Assembly (NCBI GenBank): GCA_951406725.2
Contig: OX597818.1
Location: forward strand, 73,346,001 to 73,410,000
DNA from: Octopus vulgaris
Lineage: Eukaryota
DNA: 64,000 nt
Direction: 5' to 3'
Shown piece after piece: positions 11,194 through 23,900 of this stretch. The notes below the pieces were generated by a model. It worked only from the letters and a program-made list of their open reading frames with translations. It ran no database searches and was not told where the DNA came from. Positions within the stretch are counted from its first letter, which is position 1; every line of letters begins with the position of its first letter. The position numbers and the translations under genes were made by a program.

Positions 11194-11491
11194 TATAAAT
11201 TAGAGAAAAACCACCATGAAGCAATCCAACAACAATATACTAAAATCATACCATATAGAAAAGAATTAAAGCTACGATAAAACATTTACCTAAAACTAAA
11301 TAAAGTACGAAATAATAAATAAATAGTATATAATTACTAATTATATACTAATTACATACTATTTATTTAATATTTAGTACTTTATTTAGTTTTAGGTAAA
11401 TGTTTTATCGTATCTTTAATTTTGTTCTATATGGTATAATTTAAGTATATCTTTGTTTAAGTATATCATGGTGGCTCTTCTCCAATTTATA
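11194..11491. repeat. ~300 bp AT-rich palindrome (foldback)
   Basis: TATAAATTAGAGAAAAACCACCATG...CGATAAAACATTTACCTAAAACTAAATAAAGTAC is mirrored by GTACTTTATTTAGTTTTAGGTAAATGTTTTATCG...CATGGTGGCTCTTCTCCAATTTATA. Confidence 0.85.
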
Positions 11492-11559
11492 TACAAATAT
11501 TATATATTGTGAAATTTTATTCAGTATTACTCAATTGAATATTTTCCTGTATGTTTGGA

Positions 11560-11610
<51 letters not shown>

Positions 11611-11612
<2 letters not shown>

Positions 11613-12023
11613 TTTATTCTTCTACTCTTTTACTTGTTTCAGTCATTTGACTGCGGCCATGCTGGGGTACCGCATTTAGTCGAGCAAATCGACCCCAGGA
11701 CTCATTCTTTGTAAGCCTAGTACCTATTCTCTCAATGTCTATTGCTGAACCGTTAAGTTACGGGGACGTAAACACGCCAGCATCGGCTGTCAAGCGATTT
11801 TGGGGGACAAAGACAGAGACACAAACATGTGCACACACATACATACATATACATATTTACAACGGGATTCTTTCAGTTTCCTCCTACCAAATCCACTCAC
11901 AAGGAATTGGTCTTCACGAGACTGTAGTAGAGGAGATTTGCACAAGTTGCCAAGCAGTACGACTGAACCTGAAACCATGTGGTTGATAAGTAAGCTTCTT
12001 ACCATACAGCCACACCTGCGCCT
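11611..12023 (-). mobile_element. SINE family A, full length
   Basis: Head AGGCGCAGGTGTGGCTGTATGGTAAG (A box), GGTTTCAGGTTCAGTC (B-box-like), central microsatellite and a GAAACAAGTAAAAGAG tail; lies between (TA)n tracts. Confidence 0.9.
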
Positions 12024-12034
12024 GCGTATATATG

Positions 12035-12130
<96 letters not shown>

Positions 12131-12133
<3 letters not shown>

Positions 12134-12602
12134 CATGGAAAAATGGTATGAAAATAATATTGTTAAGATTATAAACCTGGAAAAGTAGAGGACAATCTAT
12201 TACTTCTAGAAAAGTAAAGAATAAGAAACTTTTTACTTAAAATATTGCAGCAAAGAATGCCAGTTCTAATTTATCACTGTTTACATATCTCATCTTTTAA
12301 ATTTATTGTACGAAACTGTTCACTTATTTGTAAGTTTGTCTAGTCAATTTTTTGTGCATTGAAGGTAGTAAATTAGCCAAATTCTACTTAAATAAGTAAA
12401 CTGTTATTTGTAAACTATAATAAAATGAATTTTAATATTCAAATTTTAATTTAAGCTGTAATATTCTAAGTAAAAATTCCTTATTTATTACTTTACTAGA
12501 ATAGCTTGTCCTATACTATTACAGGTGCAGTAACTTGCCTTGTACTTTTGCAGCTTATAATATTAAGAATATTACATTTCATCCTCGCATTTTTCTATGT
12601 AA
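12131..12602. mobile_element. MITE/foldback with ~130 bp imperfect TIRs
   Basis: TTACATGGAAAAATG...AAGATTATAAACCTGGAAAAGTA versus TACTTTTGCAGCTTATAATATTAAG...CATTTTTCTATGTAA. A one-arm copy lies inverted at 23900-24152. Confidence 0.7.
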
Positions 12603-12959
12603 TCCATAATTTTCCAGGCATTGCTGTTATAATATAATTAATAATGTGTCAATTAATAATTCAAAATTTTACCTTATAAAATACTGCAAGATAATATTTC
12701 AATTTTTACCTGTAAGTGATGATAATATTTCAATTTTCTCCATGCTTAACTTAAATATATGTTGTGATTAAATTATTTGATATTACGCATCCACACCAAA
12801 TTAATGGAAGGGATGTAATTTAGGTAGGGGGTTAATTTGGTTTCTATTTTTAGCATAAAGAGCGACCAGCTAGAGGCTTCGATTGCGTGATGAGATTCTT
12901 TTACATATATATGTAATATGTATATATATCATCGGCAGAAGCTAGAGATTAAATCAAAA

Positions 12960-13097
12960 GCTGAGAGTTTCGCGTATTGGCACTTACCAAACACGAACAA
13001 GACAACCTCGTGAAATTTTGAAATCCAGTCGTAAACAAACGAAATTGCAATAAGCATTTCACCAGGCGCGCTAAAGTCTCTGCCAGCTCGCCGCCTT
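12960..13097 (-). mobile_element. SINE family B, decayed
   Basis: GGCGCGCTAAAGTCTCTGCCAGCTCGCCGCC is the reverse complement of the head at 34803. Confidence 0.65.
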
Positions 13098-13521
13098 AGA
13101 ATGTAAACATTAATTTTAGAGATATATTCTTTATTTTTACTGTTTAAGCGTTTCTTCTTACTTCCTTACTTACTGACATAACATTTCGTAATATCTTACC
13201 TCATAACAGTTTTCTAATACTTTTTTTCAATGCGACTAACGATTCTGAATTCATCATGCATTTTGCATCATTTAAGCCTAAGAAAAGTATACTTTTAATT
13301 TAAAATTTAAAATTTTATGTTAATTGAAGACGAATATCTGCCTTTCTTCGCACTGGAGGTCTGACTAATTTTGATATAACTTTCTTTTCTAATGAATCAA
13401 ATCTCATCCTATTAATGCCAAAGGGTAGCTGAGGACGTGTCCTCTTTAAAACTATAGATTGCAATTTATTTGAGAACTGAATTAGTGGTAAAGTTTGGGA
13501 GCTGCTACATATGTATATACG

Positions 13522-14405
13522 TTAGCAATGCATCCCCGCGTTGCCTGGGTGTTGTGGCCTAGAAACATATCGTTTTATTTGTTCCGTTCTTATGGTCAGA
13601 TCTTTTTATCCATGTAGAATAATTCAGAGATTACGAATCTGGCAAATATATATATTTTCAAAAATCAATTATTTCCCGGAGAAACACGCAATGCCCATTC
13701 CTCCACGTCACCAACCCATCGCATACCCGCTTTCAAATAGCTAAAAATACCCTCTGTTTAAGTTTCGTCTGATGATTCAGGCATGCGTATTGAAATAGCA
13801 GACGTAAAAAATAATAGAAGACCAGCAGAAAATCCGACATGCTAGAAACAACAGGTAAGCGACATCATTTCTGAAGAAACTTCTTCGTTTTCCAAAAAAG
13901 CTGAAAGTGATACTTTGGGAGTACGTAGCTTTTTGAAAGTGATGACGTGATGGGTGGATGTTAGGGAAGGAGATTTTAGTGTTTCTATAAGGAAAAAAGA
14001 AAGAAGAAAATTCTTAAAGAATCGCACTCTCTGTTTTTTCTTCTTCGTGGATATCCAAGAAAAAACTCGAAAAAAGTAAAAAATGAAGAAATTGAGATGG
14101 GTGGCAGACAAAATTAAAAGGTTGAGAAGGTGTTTCTTAGGCGAAATCCTAATCGCTTGTATTGAAATCATGGGAATCGGAAGAAATTTAAGAAAGGCAA
14201 AATCAGTGGAGAGGGCGCAGATGACATCTTTGACATACTAGAAACAGCAGATATTTCTGGGAGAACTACATTTTAAATTTATATCGAAAATAGGTTTTTA
14301 AATACACTTATCACGAAAACTAATTACAGAGTAAAATTGGATTTGAGCTGTAATTATGTCCGTGCACATAGGAAGAAATAACATAAATCTCTGTTTTACC
14401 TAGAG
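13522..14405 (-). mobile_element. Non-autonomous Helitron-like element (decayed)
   Basis: The minus-strand 3' end ACCCAGGCAACGCGGGG hairpin is followed by ATGCATTG-CTAA (CTRR). The putative 5' end TCTCTAGGTAAAACAGAG is at ~14405. Confidence 0.5.
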
Positions 14406-14602
14406 AGAGAGAGAGAGAGAGTGTGTGTGTGTGTGTGTGTATGCGCGTTTACGTGATCGTGTGTTTGTGTGCCAAAGGAAGTTATTTCATGGCATTCTTT
14501 CGTTTGAAGTAGGAAAGGTGTCAACACTATCATATGGTCGAGCATATTGGATCATATATCTGTTCGTTAATTTCCCTAAGAACTTTTGAGTTTTTATACT
14601 TT

Positions 14603-15746
14603 GAAGAGAACAGAAATTAAAAGAGAGGAGAAAGTGAAACGGAGACATTTGCTTTGAAGTGAGAGCAGAAAGTGAAAGAGAGGAGAAAATGAAAGATATA
14701 TGTACGTGTATGAAATGGGCGTGTGTATGTGTGTAACAGCGAGTGAATGAAAGTGTGTGTTGTCATTTGTGTATTTTTCGCATGTATGAGTAAGTGGCAC
14801 TCAATCGATCTCCCCCTCACACGCACACTCATTATCTTTCGTATACACGTACATAAATACATATACATACATCTTTTTTATGCATGTGAGAGAGAAAGTG
14901 AGTGAGTGTATTTCCTCATAATACATAGAGAAATAGATGTCATTTAAGGTACACACACATATAGAAAATGTGACGTCATCATCGTCGTGGTATAAAATGT
15001 CGTTTAGGATAGTTGAATTATAGAAAGATTATAACGCTAAATTTTTGTAATGCAAATATGTAAATGAAAATAAAGTTTATTTGTTAGCCAAAAGATTACT
15101 GAAACTGTTGATGCCCTATACGTCAAAATCGGCAACTCTTTTTTCGAATGTATTCATTATTTACTGTACGTTTATAAATCTTTTTTTGCTATGAAGAGAG
15201 CAGAAATGGAAAGAGAAGAGAAAGTGAAACTGCGACATTTGCTTTAAAGTTGGAGCAGGAAGTGAAAGAGAGGAGAAAGTGAAAGATATATGTATGCATG
15301 TATATGTGTGTGAGAGAGAGAAAGAGAGAGTGAGTGAATAAGTGAAGATGTGTGTTGTGATGTATGTGTAAGTGAAACTCACTCGGCCTCACTCTCTCTG
15401 TATCACACGCATATTTCATATACACATACATATATACATATGTATACACCTTTTTGTATATATGTGCGCGTGTGCGTGTGCATGTGAGAGAGAGAGATAG
15501 AGTGACTGCATTTCTTCATAACAGAGAAATGAATGTCTTTTAAGTTACACACTCATAGAGAAAATATAATGTCGGCGTCGTTGTAGTCGTGGTATAAAAT
15601 GCTTACGATAATTGACTTATAGAAAAGATTATAATGTAAAATATAACGCAAATATCTAAATAAAAATAAAGTTTATTTGGTAGTCGTAAGGTTACTGAAT
15701 TTTCTGATACCCCATACGTCAAAATCGGGAACTCAGTTTTCGAATG
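14603..15746. repeat. Diverged tandem duplication, unit ~590 bp
   Basis: 14603-15150 and 15193-15746 share GAAGAGA.CAGAAAT..., GAAAGTGAAAC, GTCGTGGTATAAAATG, AATAAAGTTTATTTG and ATACGTCAAAATCGG...TTTTCGAATG. Confidence 0.85.
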
Positions 15747-16449
15747 CGCAAGCAAGATACACACAAATACGCCCACCCACACACCCACACACTCGTACAC
15801 ACGCACACACTAACTCACACAAACACGCACGTATTCACATACCCACTCACACACACACACACACTCTCTTTCATATATATGTAGAAGACGTCCCTCTCGG
15901 TCATTCTCTCTGTCTGTCTCTCACATTCCCTATGTGTCAATGTTTTCATGTCTCCTCCCATTCTCTGATATCAGCCACCCACATTATGCCACGTTTCCCT
16001 GAACCTAACACATTTGTTACCCATTCGGTTCATTATCGATTTTTATTGCAATCCAATTAGCTTGTAATTGAACTGGGTGGTAATTCAACATGTAAACAAA
16101 GTTTGGTGATGATTGGTTCCCTGGTGTGGGCAGCAAGAAGGTAACAGTCATATGAAGAGACAGACAGAAATTGTCGTTTATATATAAGATATATTATACA
16201 TACATACATACATACATACATACGTACATACATACATACATACATACATACATACACACGTAGGCACGCAAAAGTGTGGGCTCAGAACTTAAATGTTCGT
16301 AAGTTGGATATAAAGGAGTGTTGTGGGAGCTGTGAAATCGTGCATTTATTAATTTCAAAGCACCTTATTAATAACTGCACTGCATTTTGCTAGGTAAACT
16401 GACATCTGACTGTTCAAGCAAAAGTAGGTAGGGGCGACTTCTCTTTAAA

Positions 16450-16965
16450 ATAGACAAAATATAACAACATGGTGTTATCAATATCTGCAGAATAATGCTC
16501 TGTCCGCTAACCTAAGTCCTACATTAGGGGATCACGCTCCCATTTTATCAACCGGGAAAACTTGACGGCCGAAATAAAGAGAGGTATGGAATATATTGAC
16601 GATGAACCAATGTCGAGAGATTCTATAACTGTCATCACTGAGTAAGACATTCATTGTGTTCACCACACCAATCCAATGCCCTTAGCATATCTCCTGAGAG
16701 AGTTGAGAATATTCTTCACAATGGACCTGGCATGGCAAACACTTCCCCTCAGAAGGTGCCAAGTCTTCTGACATTTAATCAAAAGCACACCAGGGTGGCT
16801 GATCACATCAGAGGAAAACTAACATTGTTTAGATGTGAATCCAACTGGATTCCTTGAACTTGTCGCAACCCAGGATGAGCGTTGGTTGCATCACTTTCAG
16901 CCAGAGCCAAAGAAACTAACCATGTAGTGAACATATACCCCCTCATCTGTTCCACAGAAGGAGGT
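16450..16965 (+). mobile_element. Old mariner transposase fragment
   Basis: TLGDHAP, EIKRGMEYIDDEP, NALSISPERVENILH...KVPSLLTFNQKHTRV and TQDERWLHHFQPE align with the 47189 transposase. Confidence 0.75.
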
Positions 16966-17040
16966 GTACATTTAAACACATTTTTCTATACGCTAGGCCA
17001 CTGGTAGTAAACATTTCTAAAATCGTTATTACCCTGATAT

Positions 17041-17119
<79 letters not shown>

Positions 17120-17619
17120 CATTATTTGTTTTATATATAGGCTATATATTATTTATATATATGCACACACATATATGTATAGATACATATACATATATAT
17201 GTGTGTGTATATAAATATATATATATATATATATATACAACACCCGGCTATGTTCGGATTGTCTTTCCATCCGCACTCATGCCTTTGCTGTGAACAGGAA
17301 TTAATATCCTCTTTTCATTGATAACCTCTCCACTCAATACACCTAGATCCCCATCCCACACCCCTTGTAATACCACTCACACCCCCACGCAAAGCACACA
17401 CCTACACATTAAGGACGTACACACACGCACACAACCAGTCGCCAAAGTGTGGGTGTGTGCGTGTGTGTACGTCTGTAATGTGCATATTCTGTATCCACAT
17501 TTACACACACTTTCTCACACACATACGCAAGCGCATCTTCGATTTGGGATCGCCAATACTTTATTATCTCCCTTTCATGCTACGTCTCTTGCTAAACCAT
17601 TTTCGCCAACCAGCCGCCA

Positions 17620-17803
17620 TGCTTGATCGCTAAATCCACAAGTTTTCTTTTTATTCTCCCTTTGTTTATTTTCTCTTAATCCTTTCTGTTGTAGAGCGTA
17701 GGCTCGAAACATAAAAGAATTCCTTACTTTCTCAAGCGTCAAACTAATACATCTGCTTGCTGTGCATACACCTGTCTTCATGTTTTGTTTGTAAATTTCA
17801 ACT
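17620..17803 (+). mobile_element. Short element with a degenerate minimal HHR (17682-17717)
   Basis: CTTT-CTGTTGT-A-GAGC-gtag-GCTC-GAAAC-ATA-AAAG. Same family as 61672-61830; ends at (TA)n. Confidence 0.55.
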
Positions 17804-19120
17804 ATATATATATATATATATATGTATACAATCTAGCATTGGTTTGCACTGTGCATGTTAGCTTTAGCCGGAACTCTCTGTACTACCTGGTAGGGCCCTT
17901 CCATCCTCTAGGACCTCTAAGGCGATTACTGGAACTTCGGTAATCATGATTAGATTTGGTATGTATTCTGAGGTGGTTTCCTATTGCCTTCTCTATGTAG
18001 GTGGGATTTGAACTTAGAATGTAGACAACCGAGTGATACACTGTAAGGAATTTCTTCCAACACGCCAACGTTTCTACCGCTCTCCTACTCACGAAGCTAT
18101 ATAAAGCGGAGTGTGTTGCTGAAGAACGCAATGCATCACCGGATCCAGAAATCGACACCATGATTTTGAGATTGTGAGTACAACATCCTATGTGGTGGTT
18201 ATCGATCTGTAACCGAGGAAGATTCTCACTCACCACAATGTGCACTCAAGAATTTCAGAAGAATTTATAACTTTGGACTTGTGGCTTCACTGGTCACTAA
18301 TGATGATATATATGTGTGTGTGCGTGTGTGACTGTGTGAGTGTGTGTGTGTGCGTGTGGGGGGGGGGGATAATGTGAAAGTGGATGTGTTTGTGCTTATG
18401 TAACCGGGGTAATTCGGCTTAAATCCATTTTGATATATACTCGAAACAAAACGTTGGTGGTGACCTGCTAAAGAGAAGCAACTCTGGTAAATTGTTTGGT
18501 AAATAGGGGATTGTAATAAAGATCACAGCAAATTGTACGAAGACCAACGTATTCAACTAATGTATTTTCAACCAACATCGTCAGTATGCCCCCCATGCCA
18601 GAACTCAAGTGAAATGAAAGAAAAAGTGAGTCTGATTGGTAGTTTGATTGTTTAAACTGTAGCACAATTTCTATTTTTCCTAATTTCCATATCTCATCAA
18701 ACATGAAAAGGAAGTTCTGATAGAGCGGTTTAATAACAGGCCAAACCAATCCAACAATTTCCTATGCCTCCAGAGAACACTCTTCTACCATTAAACGTTG
18801 CTTTATCTCCTTTTTGTAGAATGTAGAATATAACGAATTCCCCAACATCAAAGCAATTCAAGAATATTGATGTTGATTATTATCCGATAAACAATTATCG
18901 GATATTGGATGAAATGTCATGTATTAGGATTGGAAGTTCGTATTAAAATCTAAACATTTTGCCTTAATTCTTAAATCCATTCGACTTTACGGCGTCTATT
19001 TCAGCTGTTTCCCAAGTCCCCTAACAATATGTATGTTTGACTGCCTGCCAGTCTTCCTCTACCTCTCTTACACCATATACATATATGCATAATTATTTAC
19101 ATATATTTGTAGAAATATAC

Positions 19121-19161
<41 letters not shown>

Positions 19162-19574
19162 ACAGGAATATATACATATGTACATATACATTTTTTCCTT
19201 ATTTTAAATGAAATGACGATATTGTTATTGGTGCACGTGGTGAAAACCACAATCTTGATACGCGAAATAATTTTTCCACAACGCTGCAAGTTACCAGTTG
19301 AGTTTTAGTACTAGCTGTGAAAATATAACTGACAATGTTTTGGGATGGTTCGTTCGCTTGAGTTTGATACGTTGCTGGAACTGTCTTTCTGCTATACGCA
19401 TATTTGAAATATGGTACGTAAAAGGAAAAAAAAGTAAATAAATAAAATGCTTTGCAAAACTTCATGTATTTAGGAAGAATATGTATTTATGGAACATAAA
19501 TTTACCTCCAATTCAATAAGATATTTCATACTGTAGGCAGAAAATTGTTTTGTGGCATTTTGTTGTTGTTGTGA

Positions 19575-19715
19575 GTTCAAACTTGGGCAAGGTTGACTTT
19601 ACATTTCATCCTTTCCGGGCCGATAAAATAAATACCAGTTGAATCCTGAGGTCGATGATATTAATTTACCTTCTCCCTCGAAAATTCTGTCCGTGTTCCG
19701 AAGATTGAAACCATT
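19575..19715 (+). mobile_element. SINE family B, partial
   Basis: GAGTTCAAACTT...GGTTGACTTTACATTTCATCCTTTCCGGGCCGATAAAATAAATACCAGTT matches 34870-34940. Confidence 0.65.
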
Positions 19716-21224
19716 GTTATAATCCATACTCTATATAATCGTTTTATTTACAAAGGATATTGTTTCTGAATCCATATGTACGATTATCGATAGATTATGA
19801 CACCCTTTTTGTTAAACTTCATCGACATAATATGTTTTAAAGACTCATCTCGAGTGCAAAATGTAAATTCATTTCAAGAAATGTCTCAAAATTACTATAT
19901 ATTTTGAATACAAAACGCTATGCATTAAAAATATCTATATATCACATTGTTGAAGTGCCATTTTAACTCCGGGAAAAGGCATGACTTCTTGTAAAGTTTT
20001 TCCTATATTTCTATATGGATCAACATTATGGTCACTTAACTGCACGGACCTGCTAACACAATTCAACTGCAAAATGATATACGACGTTAGTAATCAGGTA
20101 TCAGTAAAGCAACGAAAACACTGACAATTAAGAAATATATGCTAAATAAGTGAATAAATAATGAGTTTGTGCCGGTTGAAAATATTAAAATGTCTATTGC
20201 ATTTCTAAATTTTTTATTCGCCATAAGGTCCCGATCAAGTTATATATGAGTGTATGTTTGTATGTGTATGCGTGTTTGATTTCGCGTGCGTCGTCTCTTC
20301 AATAGAGACATTTTCTAACTGATTTTCAGCTTTTCTTTCTAATTTTCGTATGGTATATCACATCGTTAAAAACTTGCGATCACTTACAAAGAACTGGCAG
20401 AATTTCGACAGTGAACAGAGGGGAAAATTCCGACATTGCAGTTATGTGTTTGTGTGTGTGTGTGTGTGTGTACACATATACATATATATGTATATCCCTG
20501 AACATATACACGTACAAACACAAACATACATCCATACATACACACACAAAAGAAATATATATTTATATATACACATACAGAAGTAGTTTTAGAGAAAAAA
20601 ACCACCCTCAACTCAATCAACACTGAAAGATTGTATACCTTATCACTCCATAAAATGTTAAAAATTAAATCTTATACTAACTATATCAATTCTGAATCCG
20701 GTATTTTCGGTTTATAAGATTAAACGTCTTTCATGAAAGTACGTCAGTATTGATTAGATACGAATTATCTAGTTTCAACACTTAATGGGGTTGACATACT
20801 CTCAATCTTCAGGTCTGGATTCCTCAACATTTTTCACTACACCTACTTCTTATATACCTCCATGATACTCTATATCTTCAATATAATCTTCCTTAACATA
20901 TACAAACGAATAGAAATACAAGTAATAAATAAATAAAAATAATAACTGAATATTAAAAAAATTAAGGAGTAAAATTTTAAGGGATAAAAATTCAAGGAGT
21001 AAACATTTAAGGAAAAAAATTAAAGAGAAAAATATACGAGTAAAAATCACGAAGAAAACTTACGAATAACGAATAAAGAATTGCTAAAAACAAACACTAA
21101 ATAAAAAGGAAATAATAATGATGAAATAATAATGAAATAAAAATAGAGACGAAAATAAAACGAATGTTAACTAATCTTTTCTTTTCTCGGTGAGGAAAGA
21201 AAAGATAAGTTAACGTAAGATAAG

Positions 21225-21336
21225 TTACTAGTACGTATTTACGACAGCACCGGCCGTAAAGCATTGGTTGCGGAACAAACGTGGAGACAAATACACACGC
21301 GCACACATACACACACAACACACACACACACACACA

Positions 21337-21368
<32 letters not shown>

Positions 21369-21558
21369 GCGTATATACACTATGTTTTTGTGTGTATATA
21401 TGTATGTATGTATATCACGGTCTTTTTGTTTCCGTCTACCAAATCCAATCGCAAGTCTTCGGCCTCCTTGATGCTATTGAAGAAAACACTTACGAAAGTG
21501 ATACTGAACCCAGAACCATGTGGTTCGGAAGCAAGCTTCTTCCTATAGAGCCACGGCT
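21225..21558 (-). mobile_element. SINE family A, decayed
   Basis: TTTCCGTCTACCAAATCCA...CTGAACCCAGAACCATGTGGTTCGGAAGCAAGCTTCTT. Confidence 0.7.
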
Positions 21559-22241
21559 AGTACAAACATATATTGGTATTTCTTCAATTTCAGTATTATA
21601 GCTTCATCGGCAAAAACTACATTGCTCTACTTGAGCATCTTATAACCGAAAGTGTACGAGATTGTACACCGTTTGGTGCATTGACATATAAAACCAAAAA
21701 CGCCTCCAGCATCGAAAATAATCATAAATATAATGATGTCCTGACTAAAAGTCCTTCATAAATAGAAAGAATAAAATATACTTTAGGATGTATAATCTAT
21801 TCCCATTACTTTTGAGCGGTCAATGCCTTATATCAAAAATGTAAGAATCGCTTCGACTTTTTACTTTTGCACATGTTATCAAAATCATATTTTAAACAAT
21901 ATATCTTGCTATTTAACTATTAAATATTTAATCACTGACAGTTTTCTCACCAAGCTTATTTTTAAAAAAAATAAAAGAAATAAAAGGTAAACTTAATCTT
22001 TTAAGCAAGTAAATTTATTGAGCAACATATATACTGATATAAACAAATTTTGATTCAGAGAATTAATTATTTAGTGTAGGCTGAGATTAATAAAATGGCG
22101 TAAAATCCATTGTAGAATGGTTTTAGACAAACACTTACACACACATACTCGTGCGCGAACATACAAACGCACGCATATGAATGTATATACAAATAAATTT
22201 ATATTTACATATATATGTGTATATATGTCTTCCTATCCCCC

Positions 22242-22323
<82 letters not shown>

Positions 22324-22352
22324 AAATAAGCAAAAAGGATTTCCAGAAGTAA

Positions 22353-22446
22353 CGCAGTACGATCGTTTCGTACGGCTCCATTTAATTGAACAATGCAATT
22401 ATTTCATTACATCAATGTAAAATGTAGAGCAACCTTCTGCAGCACG
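22353..22446 (-). ncRNA. Degenerate hammerhead ribozyme (same family as 33426)
   Basis: Minus strand: CGTGCTG-CAGAAGG-...TTGATGTAATG...ATTGCATTGTTCAATTAAATG...-GAAAC-GATC-GTA-CTGCG. Helix III is the palindrome ACGATCGT; the CUGANGA core is mutated. Confidence 0.55.
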
Positions 22447-22531
22447 ATGATATAGAATTTAATTAAATTAGAAGGCCACATTAATATATTTTTACCCCCC
22501 AAAAAACAAGTTTTACCAACACCATCATAGT

Positions 22532-22569
<38 letters not shown>

Positions 22570-22599
22570 AACATTCACACTTTTCATTTGCAAAGCATC

Positions 22600-23482
22600 A
22601 AGTCGCTGTTTCCACTCATGGTCCTCAGGTTGACGAGAACCACACTCTACATGATCTGACAAAATCCATGTGCGAGATACTTCAATGACAATACTGCTCT
22701 GTCTTCAGTAATCCTAGTGCGGTTGATCTGGCTAGTATTAGTGATGACAAACCCTCAACTAACCATATCTAACATAACGTTTGGTGCTCCTGCTACCCTA
22801 AGAGAAATATATAAGATCAATCACAACGCGGCAGGAGGACCCGATGAGTTCCCGGCCACTCTCCTGAAGATGTGTCGACATCAAATTGCAACCCCACTAG
22901 CTGAACTCTGGAGAAACTCACTTGATGTAGGCTACATTCCTGATAATTTTCGTTTCCAGTCCGTCCTTCCAGTTTTCAATAAGGGAAACAAATCTCTTCC
23001 AGTGTACTACCGTCCGATTTCACTTACTTCTCATATCATTAACATTTTTGAGAGGGTGGTAATATCGTGAATAACTCACTTCTTCGAAGTCAACAATCTG
23101 CTGAACCCCAGCCAGTATGGTTTCCGTGATGGCAGGGACTACCTGTCGCAGCTTGTGATGACATTTTGATGACATCTTAAAAGCGTTGGGAGAAGGCTTC
23201 AACATTGACGTCATATACTTCGATTTCAGCAAGGCATTTGACAGAGTGGACCACAAAATCCTGCTGAAGAAACTGTCCGACATTGGAGTCCTTGGAAAGC
23301 TGCTGCAGTGGATAAAGTGTTTCCTCACGAACAGAACCCAACATGATGAGTTTGAGGGAATAGGATCCAGCTCAGTGAAAGTTAGTAGTGGTGTCTCAGA
23401 AGGTACTGTGTTGGGCCCATTCCTCTTCATTATTTACAGAAACGACATAGATGTCATCAAATATTCTACACTGAAAATCTTG
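22600..23482 (+). mobile_element. CR1/L2-type LINE reverse transcriptase fragment
   Basis: AGGPDEFPATLLK, PVFNKGNKS...YRPISLTS, QYGFRDGR, VIYFDFSKAFDRVDH, SGVSEGTVLGPFLFIIY; truncated just before the FADD motif. Confidence 0.9.
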
Positions 23483-23557
23483 TTCTATATTTAAGAGATG
23501 AGGAATTATGTACTTTATTTACAATTGATGAATAATTGTCCTAATCTTTTTGTTGTT

Positions 23558-23603
23558 AACACAACGTTTCGGCTGATATAACCTCCAGCCTTTATCAGGT
23601 GTC
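23558..23603 (-). ncRNA. Minimal type I hammerhead ribozyme (core G8->A)
   Basis: Minus strand: GACAC-CTGATAA-A-GGCTG-gaggttatat-CAGCC-GAAAC-GTT-GTGTT. Helices I and II pair; helix III is AACGTT. Confidence 0.65.
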
Positions 23604-23654
23604 TTGGGGAAATTTCGAACTTGGATTCTCATTCCTAAGGTATTCTTCTATGTC

Positions 23655-23691
23655 GTTGTTATCATTATTATTATTATTATTATTATCATCA

Positions 23692-23780
<89 letters not shown>
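23655..23780. repeat. (ATT)n microsatellite
   Basis: About 40 near-perfect ATT units; source of the poly-I, poly-L and poly-N ORFs. Confidence 0.95.
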
Positions 23781-23781
<1 letters not shown>

Positions 23782-23793
23782 TGGTCACTGCTC

Positions 23794-23900
23794 GTGGGCA
23801 TATGGCGTAGTGATTTAGAGCGCGGGTTACTAACCCCAAAATTCCGAGTTCGATTCCAGGCAGTGACCCAAATAATAATAATAATAATTCTCATACCTTA
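23794..23900 (+). mobile_element. tRNA-derived (Ser-like) Pol III head followed by (AAT)n
   Basis: A box TGGCGTAGTGA (23803), anticodon-like arm GGG-TTACTAA-CCC, B box GAGTTCGATTCC (23846), then GCAGTGACC-(AAT)6-...ATACCTTA. Confidence 0.7.

Larger units (their letters stand above)
23490..23791 (-). mobile_element. HHR-bearing element with an internal (AAT)n tract
   Basis: Minus strand: GCAGTGACC-(AAT)n-ATACCTTAGGAATGAGAA...-HHR-AACAAAAAGATTAGGACAA. Confidence 0.65.

Noticed and set aside
13765-13805. CTGATGA...GAAA inside the Helitron-like element
   Set aside because: The core box itself pairs with CAGACG and helix III is absent.
18112-18160. CTGAAGA...GAAATC with flanking pairing
   Set aside because: No helix II or III; likely chance.
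23794-23870. Possible tRNA gene
   Set aside because: No proper acceptor stem, and it runs into a repeat body; treated as a SINE-type head. The same applies to 28370-28438 and 30428-30490.
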